64,000 nucleotides of DNA from Coleofasciculus chthonoplastes F2-STO-03 (GCA_040222015.1 JAVJWO010000178.1:32001-96000); one strand, 5' to 3'. Positions 40,299-50,286 are shown, numbered from the stretch's first letter. The notes: a model not told the origin generated them from the sequence alone. Translations and numbers: made by a program.

Positions 40299-40958
40299 TC
40301 ACTTAGGTTCAACCGGATGCTGTCCGTAAAACGGTAACGCCTGAGACCAGTGAGGACGTTTTCCTTGCTGCCAATCTAAATAAGCCAAGTCTAATACACT
40401 GGTGACACAAGTTCCTAAATCAACGGATACCTCAATGAGTTGATAGGGGAGGTTTTGATGATCTAGGACGTGTTGCCAGATATCGGGTGTGATCACTGCA
40501 TCTGGTACAAGCGGTGTCAAGCTGGAACCCTCCGAGGATGGCTGATAGATTGCAGTATACAACTGCCCCCGTCGAGCAGGCATTTGTAGCGCGATCGCTC
40601 TTTTGTGTGAGGTTTCTAGGTGTTCTTTCCCTTGAAGCATGACTGACCAAGCAACGGCTGCCAAGGTGGAAATGGCAAATAAAGGAATATCCAGTTGCTG
40701 TGCCAAAGTTCGGGCTGTTACCACACCAATACGAGTGCCTGTAAAACTGCCCGGACCTTTGGCGACGGTAATAAATGCCACATCTGACCAAGCGTTTGGG
40801 AGCAAAAACTCACTCAAGTGTTGATGGAAGTGAGTCGATAAATCTCGTCCCAAATCCCAGGTAGCCGCACGATTATCGTTCTGAAAATTACTGATAGCTA
40901 ATCCGAGTTGAGGACTGGTGGTATGTAGGGCTAAACCGTATTGGTTGTCATTGGTCAT
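40299..40958 (-). CDS. tsaB: t6A biosynthesis protein TsaB
   Basis: LALHTTS, VAKGPGSFTGTRIG, MPARRGQLY, LPFY. Confidence 0.93.
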   Translation of the reverse strand: MTNDNQYGLALHTTSPQLGLAISNFQNDNRAATWDLGRDLSTHFHQHLSEFLLPNAWSDVAFITVAKGPGSFTGTRIGVVTARTLAQQLDIPLFAISTLAAVAWSVMLQGKEHLETSHKRAIALQMPARRGQLYTAIYQPSSEGSSLTPLVPDAVITPDIWQHVLDHQNLPYQLIEVSVDLGTCVTSVLDLAYLDWQQGKRPHWSQALPFYGQHPVEPK

Positions 40959-41033
40959 TAGTCATTTGTCATTTGTCATACTCGAATGTCATACTCGAAG
41001 AGCGCGAGAAGCAAGCTACGTTATTTGTCATTC

Positions 41034-41402
41034 GTGACATACTCCAGACAGCGATACAAGTATACGCTGCTGGCTTCTCCCACCTACTACATCTATAATG
41101 AGCTCTATTTCTAGAGCGTAGGATTCGAGCTTTTTATAGTGAGTAAGATGCCCAGACCCACTTTTTAATACTTTTCTCAAAAGGTGTGAGAACTTGTTTT
41201 TAAGCTTTCGTTTTTTGCTTTTCCAGAAAACGTATTCCAGCTATGGGTGTCTACTCTGTGCATTGCCCGAAAGAAAGGCGTAGAACGGCCCATCTATTTA
41301 TTTTACGTTTGCCACGTTTTTAGTATATATTCGACGCATGAAATTTGACAACTCCGCTTCGCTTCATTGTCAGGCTATCCTTCCCGACGCTCCCCTTCGG
41401 GA
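41034..41402 (-). mobile_element. About 370-bp non-autonomous IS200/IS605 derivative (PATE-like)
   Basis: Left-end-like hairpin TCCCGA..TCGGGA-AGGATAGC near 41402-41374; KVGLGILLTIK tnpB tail remnant; right end AGAAGCCAG..CTGGAGTATGTCAC at 41034. Confidence 0.6.
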
Positions 41403-41419
41403 GAGCTATAGGCGACAGC

Positions 41420-42961
41420 CTATAGCTCATTCTCCTCAGTAGTTTCGGGTTTCTTGGGTAGGGGGGCTTCTGGGGGAGCAGGTGCTTTTTTCATGTTTTC
41501 TAGGGGTTCGCCAATCGACTCAGACGGGGGTTCGCTGACCGATTCAGATGACTCAGCAGACTTGGGAGTCACTGGAGAGGGTGACGCTTGCGCCGGTTGA
41601 GATTGATTTTGGGATGCTGGGGACGAGTTCGGTGGAGGTTTAGAGGTTGAAGTTGGCGAGTTTTTCTCATCAGAGGAGGGTGATTCTCCAGAAGCGGATG
41701 AGGGGTTTTCAGGAGTGGGCGAGGGAGAGGGTTCAACTGAATCACTTGATTTTTTAGGGAATCCCGGAAAAGAGCGGCGAGTGGGTTTCTGTTCCTGGTT
41801 GGAGGAAGGGTCATCTTTGCCCTGGTTGGGTTCAGTGGTTTCCTCACTATCATTAAGCTCAGTATCAGGATTTAGGGGTTCCTCTGGGGATGAGGGTTCA
41901 GCCGCTGGTGGGGTTGACAGATTTTGAGACTGATACCAAATTGTTCCCAATCCGACTAAACCTGTAGCAATAACAGCGCTCATTCCTAGTAACACGGGAG
42001 AAACACCTAAGCGTCGATGCCAAGGCGTATATTGAGTAGGTTGGGACTCTCGCTGACGGGAACTGGCTTCCTGTGGCGGTGTTAAAGCAATTGTGGCGCC
42101 ATTGGTGGTCGATACAGGATGGGAGACGAATTCCTGGTTGGGTTCAAAGGATACATCCGGCAACAGGGACAGCCATTCGGCTACCGATGGGGGTCGATGA
42201 CGCGCCTCAATTGCCATCCCGCGCATGACCGCTTGATTTACGGCAGCACTGAGTTGGGGTTGGAGCTCACGGGGAGCCGGCATGGGTTGGCGCTCCCGGA
42301 TAACGGCAGGTGTGGGGATTTGGGCAGTTAACAGGGTATAGAGAGTGGCGGCTAAACCGTAAACATCCGAGGCTGGGGTGCGTTTTTCTTTGATTAAATA
42401 CTGTTCTAAGGGGGCATAGCCCTCAGACAGCATGTTAGTGTGGGTTTGAGTTGTATTCAGGCTAAATTCTCGTGCAATGCCAAAGTCGATGAGTACAACT
42501 TGGTGTGTTCCTTCTCGCCGGATGATATTGGCAGGTTTAATATCTCGGTGGAGTAAACCTTTTTGATGGACTACGGTTAAGGCGTCACCAATTTGGTGGA
42601 TGTAATGAATGGCGGTGGCTTCACTGAGGGGTTTTCCGGGATGTAAAATCTCTTGTAAGGTCTGACCGTCTACATAGTCCATTACCATGTAGGGCCACCC
42701 TGCTTCTACAAAGAAGTCACTGACTCGGACAATATTGGGGTGGGTACACAAGGCTAGCCGTCGTGCTTCATCCTGGAATAGGCGCTGAAACCGAGAGCAG
42801 TCCGGGTTACGATGCATGGACTCGTCTAGGGTTTTAATCACCACCACCTGACCTAAATAGTGATGGGTGGCTTTATAGGTGATGCCAAAACCCCCTTGTC
42901 CTAGTTCTTGCTCTAGAGTGTATTTGCCACCCTGTAGGGTTTTACCAACTAACGAGTTCAT
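41420..42961 (-). CDS. Hanks-type Ser/Thr protein kinase with TM helix and Pro/Ser/Glu-rich tail
   Basis: [36 protein letters not shown]. Confidence 0.95.
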   Translation of the reverse strand: MNSLVGKTLQGGKYTLEQELGQGGFGITYKATHHYLGQVVVIKTLDESMHRNPDCSRFQRLFQDEARRLALCTHPNIVRVSDFFVEAGWPYMVMDYVDGQTLQEILHPGKPLSEATAIHYIHQIGDALTVVHQKGLLHRDIKPANIIRREGTHQVVLIDFGIAREFSLNTTQTHTNMLSEGYAPLEQYLIKEKRTPASDVYGLAATLYTLLTAQIPTPAVIRERQPMPAPRELQPQLSAAVNQAVMRGMAIEARHRPPSVAEWLSLLPDVSFEPNQEFVSHPVSTTNGATIALTPPQEASSRQRESQPTQYTPWHRRLGVSPVLLGMSAVIATGLVGLGTIWYQSQNLSTPPAAEPSSPEEPLNPDTELNDSEETTEPNQGKDDPSSNQEQKPTRRSFPGFPKKSSDSVEPSPSPTPENPSSASGESPSSDEKNSPTSTSKPPPNSSPASQNQSQPAQASPSPVTPKSAESSESVSEPPSESIGEPLENMKKAPAPPEAPLPKKPETTEENEL

Positions 42962-43042
42962 ACACTGACCTGATGATTGGGAAAAATTGTCAGTTCAAAA
43001 TTCACTTTAACAGATCTCGCGGAATTCCCCACCCTCTTAAAG

Positions 43043-43154
43043 GATACTGCTGGCGAATTTAACATTCTGCCCTAGAATGACCGAAATACGTTAGAGTAGC
43101 TACTAACGATTTTATTGGATTTGACGCTATGCCAGTAACATTCGCCAGCAAAGT
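43043..43154. mobile_element. MITE inserted in the IS left-end hairpin loop
   Basis: Inverted core TGCTGGCGAAT (43048-58) / ATTCGCCAGCA (43140-50); direct repeat CTTAAAG at 43036-42 and 43155-61. Confidence 0.75.
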
Positions 43155-43270
43155 CTTAAAGGGTGGGATGGATAGCGAGTAAGCTGGCGTCACTCGATCC
43201 GATTTATTGCTTTGTTTGCCTATAAATTGTAGGCTAATTATGAGCCAAAAAGTAACGAGGTAAGTCAAAT

Positions 43271-44644
43271 TTGGTAGTAAGGCGGCACACATTTCGATTG
43301 TATCCAAGCAAACAGCAGTCTAAAAAGCTGTTTACAGCACGTCGTCTTCATGCCGACCTGTACAACGCTTGTATCACTCACCGTCGTTATGAATGGAAAG
43401 CGAACCATCGCTCAGTTACCTATTTTGAGCAGCAGAATTGCCTACCGGAGTTCAAGAAATTCTGGGCAGACTATGCTTCTCTCAACTCCTTAAGTCTTCA
43501 GGCAACAGTCAAACGGGTTGACTTAGCCTATAAAGCCTTTTTTCAGGGGTTAAGGAAGTCCCCAAAATTAAAGTCTATTCGCAATTACTCCGGTTGGATG
43601 TATCCATCTTCACCTAAGAAATCAGGCTGGAAGGTGGAGAGCAATGGGGAACATGGGCGCGTCACTCTCAAAGACCTGGGAATCACCTTACGGATACGGG
43701 GGAAAGCCAAGCAGTGGGGAAAGCCGACAACACTTACCATTGTCTATAAGCCGAGATTGAATCAGTGGTTTGCCTCAATTACGGTTGAGGTAGAAGACGC
43801 GCCACCAAAATTCGGATCGCAATCTGACTTAAGTTACGAGTCAGTGGTAGCCTTCGATTTGGGAACCGAGACAGCAATCACCACCTATAACGGCTCCGAA
43901 TTTGAGGAGATAATCAACCCTCGGTTTACCCAAGTCCTGGAACCCAAGATCAAGAAAGCTTCCAAGAAGTTAAGGAGAAAACGCGCTCCCAATCGGCAAA
44001 AGCGGGTTAAGGCATCTAACCGATGGAAAAAGTATCGCCGGAAAGTATCAAAGCTTCAACGGAAAGCTGCCAATCAACGGAAAGACTGGCAGCATAAGGT
44101 AACGTCAGATTTAGCAAGTCGTTATGACATCGGCGTAACTGAAAAGTTGAACACCAAGGCGATGACAAAGAAGGCGAAAAAAGGGGGTAAGGGGAAGAAG
44201 CAAAAAGCCGGACTAAACAAATCCATTTTATCAGTAGGTTTTGGCAATCTGAACAAATTGCTGACCTATAAGATAGAAGGAAAGGGAGGCTTGATGTTAA
44301 CCCTAGACACCCGAAAGCTGAAGCCATCACAGCGCTGTCCTCAATGCCATACAGTCCATAAAGAGTGGGCGGACTTATCAAACCGGTACCATGTTTGTGA
44401 CAAGTGTGGATTTGAGATTGAAAGGGATAAAGGCAGCGTATTGCTAATGTATAATGTTGCGACAAATAAGCAACCGGAGTTAGGAACTAGCTCCGTTAGT
44501 CTTGGATGTTCTAGCTCTACTTCTGACCCGAAAATTCGTAAGAATTGTGGAGGGATGAAGCAACTAGGGCAGATGAAAAGACGAAGAGCCCAAGTTGAGA
44601 GGAAGGGGAAATTGAAACCCCAATCTCCTACGAGTTGGGGTTAG
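43271..44644 (+). CDS. tnpB: RNA-guided endonuclease TnpB
   Basis: FRLYPS HTH; RuvC-I AFDLG, RuvC-II TEKLN, Zn finger CPQC/CDKC, RuvC-III ERDKGS; TTG start. Confidence 0.95.
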   Translation: MVVRRHTFRLYPSKQQSKKLFTARRLHADLYNACITHRRYEWKANHRSVTYFEQQNCLPEFKKFWADYASLNSLSLQATVKRVDLAYKAFFQGLRKSPKLKSIRNYSGWMYPSSPKKSGWKVESNGEHGRVTLKDLGITLRIRGKAKQWGKPTTLTIVYKPRLNQWFASITVEVEDAPPKFGSQSDLSYESVVAFDLGTETAITTYNGSEFEEIINPRFTQVLEPKIKKASKKLRRKRAPNRQKRVKASNRWKKYRRKVSKLQRKAANQRKDWQHKVTSDLASRYDIGVTEKLNTKAMTKKAKKGGKGKKQKAGLNKSILSVGFGNLNKLLTYKIEGKGGLMLTLDTRKLKPSQRCPQCHTVHKEWADLSNRYHVCDKCGFEIERDKGSVLLMYNVATNKQPELGTSSVSLGCSSSTSDPKIRKNCGGMKQLGQMKRRRAQVERKGKLKPQSPTSWG

Positions 44645-44669
44645 TTCATCTCAGAATTTCTGGATTTAG
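44460..44669 (+). ncRNA. Putative TnpB omegaRNA (reRNA) with 3' guide; 5' limit approximate
   Basis: TnpB RNAs overlap the ORF 3' end and right end; guide would be the flank after TTCAT, CTCAGAATTTCTGGATTTAG. Confidence 0.6.
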
Positions 44670-44883
44670 GGATAAGGTGTCAGGGAATGGGAACGATGGG
44701 GGAGATGGGGAGAAACGTCTGAACGATTAGGGAATTCTGAGTTAACCCGTAACTTGGGTAGGGATGGGTTGAGTAAGATGAGGTCAAAAAATTTTTCCTC
44801 ATCTCTATTATGGAGCTAGCACTTCGGATCAAGCCATTGTCGATGAGAAGTTTTAACATATCCCCCCTGAGAACGCGACACCA

Positions 44884-45573
44884 GTGAAGCAACAGAGTTT
44901 ACGACAATGGTTTCGATGGCTGACTCGGTGGATTCGCCGCATCTTTCAGAAACCAGAAACTTTCCAACCAACGTTTCTGGTTCTTGAGCGCACTTATTCG
45001 GCTGATGAATCCATCGTTCTTTTATCCGTCGAACGAGACGCACCCGGTGCTGTAGGAACCTGGTATCTACTGAATCAACACAATCCCCGTCACAATCTGT
45101 TGATTACCCTTGACAACTTGGCAGCGATTCGATTAGCTCTGGATGCTAATTCATTTTCCGATCAGGATACATCTATCTTGGAGCTATCGTTAGCCCAGGA
45201 AGACCAGATTTTTCGGACTCATCGGTTTAGCGTGCAGTGGATTATTAAGTTGAAGAGTTCTCGCAAGGTTTTTCACTTGATTGGAACCTGGGATCTTGAC
45301 CTGCAAGGCGATACCTGGGACCCTAATACCAGTGCATTTACGATTGGTCGTTTCGTGGTGCGAGAGGCGTTGAATTTACCGCCGCTTCCGGGAGTGTCGT
45401 GGCGTTTCCGGATGACTGAGTTTCCTTGGATTGAGAGTTTACAGAGCTATAGCAAGATGGTATTGGGGGATAACCATAATTGTTATACCAAGAAGTTGAA
45501 TCTGAAAGAACTCAAGGAACTTAGAGATGAAATTGAGCGGGGGCGAGGTTATAGAAAACGTCATCAATCCTAA
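44884..45573 (+). CDS. Hypothetical protein
   Basis: 229-aa ORF with GTG start, no family recognised. Confidence 0.6.
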   Translation: MKQQSLRQWFRWLTRWIRRIFQKPETFQPTFLVLERTYSADESIVLLSVERDAPGAVGTWYLLNQHNPRHNLLITLDNLAAIRLALDANSFSDQDTSILELSLAQEDQIFRTHRFSVQWIIKLKSSRKVFHLIGTWDLDLQGDTWDPNTSAFTIGRFVVREALNLPPLPGVSWRFRMTEFPWIESLQSYSKMVLGDNHNCYTKKLNLKELKELRDEIERGRGYRKRHQS

Positions 45574-45780
45574 GTAGGAGTAGCTGAATACTGATTAACG
45601 GAATTTCTATGATAAATTCTGTGCTTTGTCGGCTCGCAGACATACAACTGAGTTGACCTTTATGCTTTTCGATAATATAGCGTTGGTTTCAAACGACTGT
45701 TGCTGGATGAGTAAGATCCCTGGCTAAGATCGCCGACTTCTTCAAGAAGTCGGCGATCTGAAAGATCTCAAAAGCAGGAA

Positions 45781-46356
45781 CTAATCTGGGAAGGCGAATC
45801 CGGTTCTGGGATCGCGGATAAATAACCCAAGCACTAATGAGTCCATCACCGTGTCCCAGACGGGGTTCAGACGCTCTGCATCATCTACCCAGTAGTCAAA
45901 CGTAATCAAACATTGAACGCCAGAACCTAACCCAATACAGATGCGGGAATAGGCGTCGCGGTTTTCGTTCGGGTCAATAAATTTGAATTGAGTCCAGACG
46001 ATGCGGGCGGTTTGGCGCTTGAGTTCAACAATTTCCCCTTGCTCAGTTATATTTCGCTCATCATCTCGAACGACTCGCTTTAATAAAGAAACTAAGGGAA
46101 ATTCAGCCCAGTCGCCTGGAGGGAGTAGATTATAGGAGGCTTCTAAGCGACAATCATCGTTGGGTGGCTTGTTGTCCAGAAACCGAAACGATTTGGTATC
46201 CGGTTCAAAATGCCAATCTTCGGGAACATCAAAGCGCAATGCTCCTCGCCCTGCTACGAAGATCCGATGTCCTGGCTTGGATGTCCAGTTGTGGTCTTCT
46301 TGTAGCTCTAGGGTTTCCTTGATCCATTGGAGATTGTGCTTTTTGCGTTTAGCCAT
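45781..46356 (-). CDS. Conserved cyanobacterial hypothetical protein
   Basis: RFDVPEDW, QCLITFDYW; start at MAKRKK. Confidence 0.75.
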   Translation of the reverse strand: MAKRKKHNLQWIKETLELQEDHNWTSKPGHRIFVAGRGALRFDVPEDWHFEPDTKSFRFLDNKPPNDDCRLEASYNLLPPGDWAEFPLVSLLKRVVRDDERNITEQGEIVELKRQTARIVWTQFKFIDPNENRDAYSRICIGLGSGVQCLITFDYWVDDAERLNPVWDTVMDSLVLGLFIRDPRTGFAFPD

Positions 46357-46508
46357 AGCTGCTCCAGAGATGAAAACCACATTAAATTTAATTATGACAG
46401 ATGGTATAGCAAACTGATACGGTTAAGCACTAGCCGAAAGACTGCGAAATCCTTATTCTGGATTAATGGCAGTGAGTGCGAATGATCAGTGCTGAGGACA
46501 AGTAACTA

Positions 46509-47864
46509 ATGGGACGAATCTTTATTTCTGCCGGACACGGAGGAATTGAACAAGGGGGGCGCGATCTAGGGGCGATCGCAGGCGGTACAACGGAAGCTCA
46601 ACAGATGATTCTGCTGCGGGATCAGATTGTCCCAGAGTTGCGATCGCGTGGCTTTGAGGTTCTCTCTGTTCCGGATGACTTGAGTTCAGCTGAATCGATC
46701 CAATGGATTAATGCGCGTTCTCGCCCTGGCGATGTAGCGCTGGAAATTCATCTGGGTTCTTCCCCGAATCCCAGTGTCCGAGGGACGGCGGTTTACTATA
46801 TCGCCAATAACACTGAACGCAAAAATCATGCGGAACTGATCCTCCTCGCCTTGCTGCGCCGTCTTCCTCAATTGCCAAATCGAGGCGCGAAGCAGGATAC
46901 GGCGACAGGGATGGGTTTTCTGTCATTTACCCGCGATACGATTCTTCCTTCGCTGCTGATGGAGGTTGGCTATCTCACCAATCCAGAGGATCGGTTTATT
47001 ATTCAAAATCGCCGCCGCGAGATGGCGTTAGGAATTGCGGATGGATTAGCGGCGTGGAGTCGGGCGGTTTCGGGAACGGAACCAACCAATGGAACGGATG
47101 TTACTTATCCTGCTATTAATATCAAGATTAATAATCAAACGTATGGAGAGCAAGGCATTATTGTCAATAACAATGCCTATATTCCCATTGACTTAGCCGA
47201 TCGCTTGGGTGTCGATTTAACCACGATTCCCGGTATTCGCCGCCTTCAGTATCGGGGAGTGGTTTATGTGAAAGCCATTGAATTGCGAGATTATAATATT
47301 TCAGTGGGTTGGGATGCGGCGACGCGCACGGTAATTTTGCGCTCCATTTTACAAATTTGTCCGGGTCAAATTGACCGAATTATGGCACATGGGAATACCT
47401 CAGAAGTGCAGTTAATGATGTTCCTCAAAGCTAATAATGAAGACGCCCTGGCTCAGTTTCCTGACTTACCCAAGCTTTACCGTGAAGAAGCCGCCATTGA
47501 AGGGGTGAATTATGATATTGCCTTTTCTCAAGCCATGGTGGAAACGAACTTTCTCCGTTTTGGGGGCGACTTGAAACCCAGTCAAAATAATTTTGGTGGC
47601 TTAGGATCAGTTGGGGGTGATCCGGAGGGGGCGACATTCCCCAGCGCCCGATTAGGGGTTCGCGCTCATATTCAACAATTAAAAGCCTACGCCAGTTTAG
47701 AACCTTTGGTACAAGAAGTGGTTAGTCCCCGGTTTCGCTTTGTCACTCGTGGGATTGCACCCCTCATCCAGCAGTTGAGCGGACGGTGGTCCGCTGACTT
47801 GAATTATGGCGATCGCATTATGGCTGTTCTTCGGCGTCTCTATGAATCAGCCGGGTTTTTCTAA
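46509..47864 (+). CDS. tftA: N-acetylmuramoyl-L-alanine amidase / glucosaminidase-like protein (TftA-like)
   Basis: MGRIFISAGHGG, TTEA, ALEIH, LLMEVG (Amidase_3); EGVNYDIAFSQ..ETNFL, QNNFGGLG, GVRAHIQQLKAYA. Confidence 0.8.
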   Translation: MGRIFISAGHGGIEQGGRDLGAIAGGTTEAQQMILLRDQIVPELRSRGFEVLSVPDDLSSAESIQWINARSRPGDVALEIHLGSSPNPSVRGTAVYYIANNTERKNHAELILLALLRRLPQLPNRGAKQDTATGMGFLSFTRDTILPSLLMEVGYLTNPEDRFIIQNRRREMALGIADGLAAWSRAVSGTEPTNGTDVTYPAINIKINNQTYGEQGIIVNNNAYIPIDLADRLGVDLTTIPGIRRLQYRGVVYVKAIELRDYNISVGWDAATRTVILRSILQICPGQIDRIMAHGNTSEVQLMMFLKANNEDALAQFPDLPKLYREEAAIEGVNYDIAFSQAMVETNFLRFGGDLKPSQNNFGGLGSVGGDPEGATFPSARLGVRAHIQQLKAYASLEPLVQEVVSPRFRFVTRGIAPLIQQLSGRWSADLNYGDRIMAVLRRLYESAGFF

Positions 47865-47946
47865 GGGTGAGTAGTCCTCAAACCTTTACGAATGACAAAT
47901 GACAAATGACGATCTCTACCGTTAATTTTTGTTGTGTCCACATACT

Positions 47947-48052
47947 TATAGCAATAGACACATCGATTAGGACGTTCGGCACCATTGTAGAGACCGTCCA
48001 TGTTTGGTCTCTACATAAATGATGTGTCCTAACAGCCATGGCGGTTGCTATA
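47947..48052. mobile_element. MITE-like element
   Basis: TATAGCAA...TTGCTATA ends, inner TTAGGAC/GTCCTAA, central TGTAGAGACC...GGTCTCTACA palindrome. Confidence 0.6.
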
Positions 48053-48054
48053 CA

Positions 48055-48432
48055 TTATGACCAGTCCAAAACTTTAGTGACCTCCTTAGTTAGCGTCATT
48101 GGGTCAAAGGGTTTAGCAATAACTCCAGCAATACCTAACTGATCAAATTGAGTGATGTTGTTGTTAAACACTTTTGCCGTGAGTAAAATCACGGGAATTT
48201 CTTGAGTGCTGGGAGACTTTTGCAACTCTTTCAATAGGGTTAACCCATCCATATCCGGCATCATCACATCCAAGAGAATCGCATCAGGTTGTTCAGTTTG
48301 GGCTAACTGTAGTCCTTTCTTGCCGGATTCAGCCGTGATTACTTGCCACTTGCCAATCGTTTCCAGGCAAGCTTGGATCACTAAACAAAGATTGGGTTCA
48401 TCGTCAATGACTAGGATACATTTGGTAGACAT
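48055..48432 (-). CDS. Single-domain response regulator
   Basis: ILVIDDE, LLDVMMPDMDG, LTAK, AKPFD. Confidence 0.93.
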   Translation of the reverse strand: MSTKCILVIDDEPNLCLVIQACLETIGKWQVITAESGKKGLQLAQTEQPDAILLDVMMPDMDGLTLLKELQKSPSTQEIPVILLTAKVFNNNITQFDQLGIAGVIAKPFDPMTLTKEVTKVLDWS

Positions 48433-48505
48433 AAAGGGAACAGGAAATGGGAAACTGCTTAACAGGGAATAATCAATTTAAATGCACATCAGCTTACTTG
48501 TAAAA

Positions 48506-48731
48506 GAGGGCGGGTTTTGTTGTTCATTTAGGGGAGGGCGGGTTTTGTTGTTCATTTAGGGGAGGGCGGGTTTTGTTGTTCATTTATCAGTGAATAGCTG
48601 ACTTTAGTCCCTAAACCCGCCCCTACAGATTTCCTAAACCCGCCCCTACAGATTTCCTAAACCCGCCCCTACAGATTTCCTAAACCCGCCCCTACAGATT
48701 TCCTAAACCCGCCCCTACAGATTTCCTAAAC
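48506..48731. repeat. REP-like element with both arms tandemly amplified
   Basis: 28-bp unit GAGGGCGGGTTTTGTTGTTCATTTAGGG about three times (48506-48586); 23-bp unit CCTAAACCCGCCCCTACAGATTT five times (48610-48724). Confidence 0.9.
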
Positions 48732-48775
48732 TCACCCTGATCACTGACTGTTCACGCTCTTCGAGGGCAGATTTC

Positions 48776-49981
48776 TTACGGATTACTTGTTTCCTCCTGA
48801 TTAACTTTCTCGATTTGACGGGCAAAATGGGTTTCTCGATACTGCAGTGATCGCGCTAATTCTAGACCTTTTTGAAAAGCGTCTAAGGCTTGATCATAGT
48901 TGTTTTGGGTGAGATAAATCTGACCCATTTGATCGTAAGCCTGCATCAACCCATAATAATTGTAGGACTGTTGTTCAACAATAATCAATATTTCGTAAAC
49001 CTGGAGAGCGTAGTCGGGTTGGTCATAAGATAAATAGAGTTGGGCTAATTTTTCGAGTGCATCACTGGCATAAGCCAACTGTTGTGATGACCAAGCGAGT
49101 GCATAAGCTTCCTGGTAGCTTTGAGAGGCTTGATCGGGTTGATTTAGGGCTTCGTAGTCGGCACCAATCCCAATTTTTAGGGCGGGGATTTGAGTATAAT
49201 TGTCTTGGTTGAGATAACTGTCCACTAACCGTTCCTTGATCCGCAGGGCGTTTTCGGGTTCCTGGGATTGCTTATAAATGTTGAGCAATTCTTGTAGATA
49301 GTTAACCTCCGCCACGCGATCGCGCTTTGCTTGAGCTATTGCTAGTAATTCTTCATAAATGGCGGCGGCTTGGGGATAATCAAACCAAGCTAAGTGGAGT
49401 TGGGCGATTGTCTCTAAGGTTTCGGCTTGAGTTTGCCGATCACCTTGTTGACGGGCATCGGCTAAAATTTGCTCATAGATAGCTAAGGCTTTTCTGGGAA
49501 CTCGTATCTGTTGATAAGCTTGACCTAATGCACCTAAAAGTTCGGGATCTAAATCTCCTTCTTCCTCAGCGTTTTGCTGAATCGTTTCTAAGCGTTTAGT
49601 AATTAACTGTACCTGGGATTTCGCATTCCTACTCCAAGCAATTTCACCCACGCGCCCTAGGGTTTTAACTTCTTCTAATCGTCCACCCAGAACTCGCCGT
49701 AAGCGAATTTCTCGATACCAGATATCAAACGCCTCTTCTGGATTTCCCGCCCTCAGTTCGGCGGCGGCTTGATTATTCAATTGATCCAGGGCTTCACCCA
49801 GTCGGCGGCGTTCTAAGGGGCTTAAGGGGCGTTCTACCGGGGGATTGGGAAGCAGGGGATCACCAGTGGTATCCAGTTCTAGGGGATTGGGTGGATTTGT
49901 TTCAGCGGGTTGGGCTAATGTTCCACCACTTAACCCTAACCAGAGCGTCGCTATGCAAAAGAGTAGTTGAACTTTTCTCAT
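48776..49981 (-). CDS. Secreted tetratricopeptide-repeat protein
   Basis: Signal peptide; repeated LG..Y......A...Y..AL helices; start at MRKVQ. Confidence 0.85.
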   Translation of the reverse strand: MRKVQLLFCIATLWLGLSGGTLAQPAETNPPNPLELDTTGDPLLPNPPVERPLSPLERRRLGEALDQLNNQAAAELRAGNPEEAFDIWYREIRLRRVLGGRLEEVKTLGRVGEIAWSRNAKSQVQLITKRLETIQQNAEEEGDLDPELLGALGQAYQQIRVPRKALAIYEQILADARQQGDRQTQAETLETIAQLHLAWFDYPQAAAIYEELLAIAQAKRDRVAEVNYLQELLNIYKQSQEPENALRIKERLVDSYLNQDNYTQIPALKIGIGADYEALNQPDQASQSYQEAYALAWSSQQLAYASDALEKLAQLYLSYDQPDYALQVYEILIIVEQQSYNYYGLMQAYDQMGQIYLTQNNYDQALDAFQKGLELARSLQYRETHFARQIEKVNQEETSNP

Positions 49982-50039
49982 TAATTTAAGCTGTATAAGA
50001 TGCAACACTGTTTTAAGGAGAATGGCACTGATTCGTATA

Positions 50040-50286
50040 GCCGGGAAATAAATTTCTGATCTTTAAGCTAAAGTAAGCTAAAGCTTACTAAGTAGGTTGG
50101 TGGAAATAAACTTAACTAGATTAAGTTATGTAAACAAGTCTCAAACCCTTACTGTTCCCTGTTCCCTGTTAAGAGTTCCCTAATCTCCACCGCTAACTTT
50201 AATTGTGTCCACCTACTTACATTAAAGGCTTTTAACCCGTTTTAATGGGGTTTAGCTTTTCGCTCAAACTTTAGTTCAGGGCTTAA
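50040..50286 (-). repeat. Family-B repeat interrupted by family-A MITE
   Basis: Both flanks of the MITE match 905-1048 in reverse complement. Confidence 0.65.
50091..50217. mobile_element. 127-bp MITE (family A), second copy, flanked by TA
   Basis: One difference from 2877-3003. Confidence 0.85.

Larger units (their letters stand above)
43011..44649 (+). mobile_element. tnpB-only IS200/IS605 element (IS1341-like)
   Basis: Left-end hairpin CCCCACCCT...AGGGTGGGATGGATAGC after TTTAA; right end GAAACCCAA..TTGGGGTTAGTTCAT; no tnpA. Confidence 0.85.

Noticed and set aside
43271..44644. Cas12f or nuclease-dead TldR
   Set aside because: IS ends present, no array, and all three RuvC acidic residues retained
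48506..48731. Possible CRISPR array
   Set aside because: Units are head-to-tail with no unique spacers and derive from a REP palindrome; no cas genes nearby
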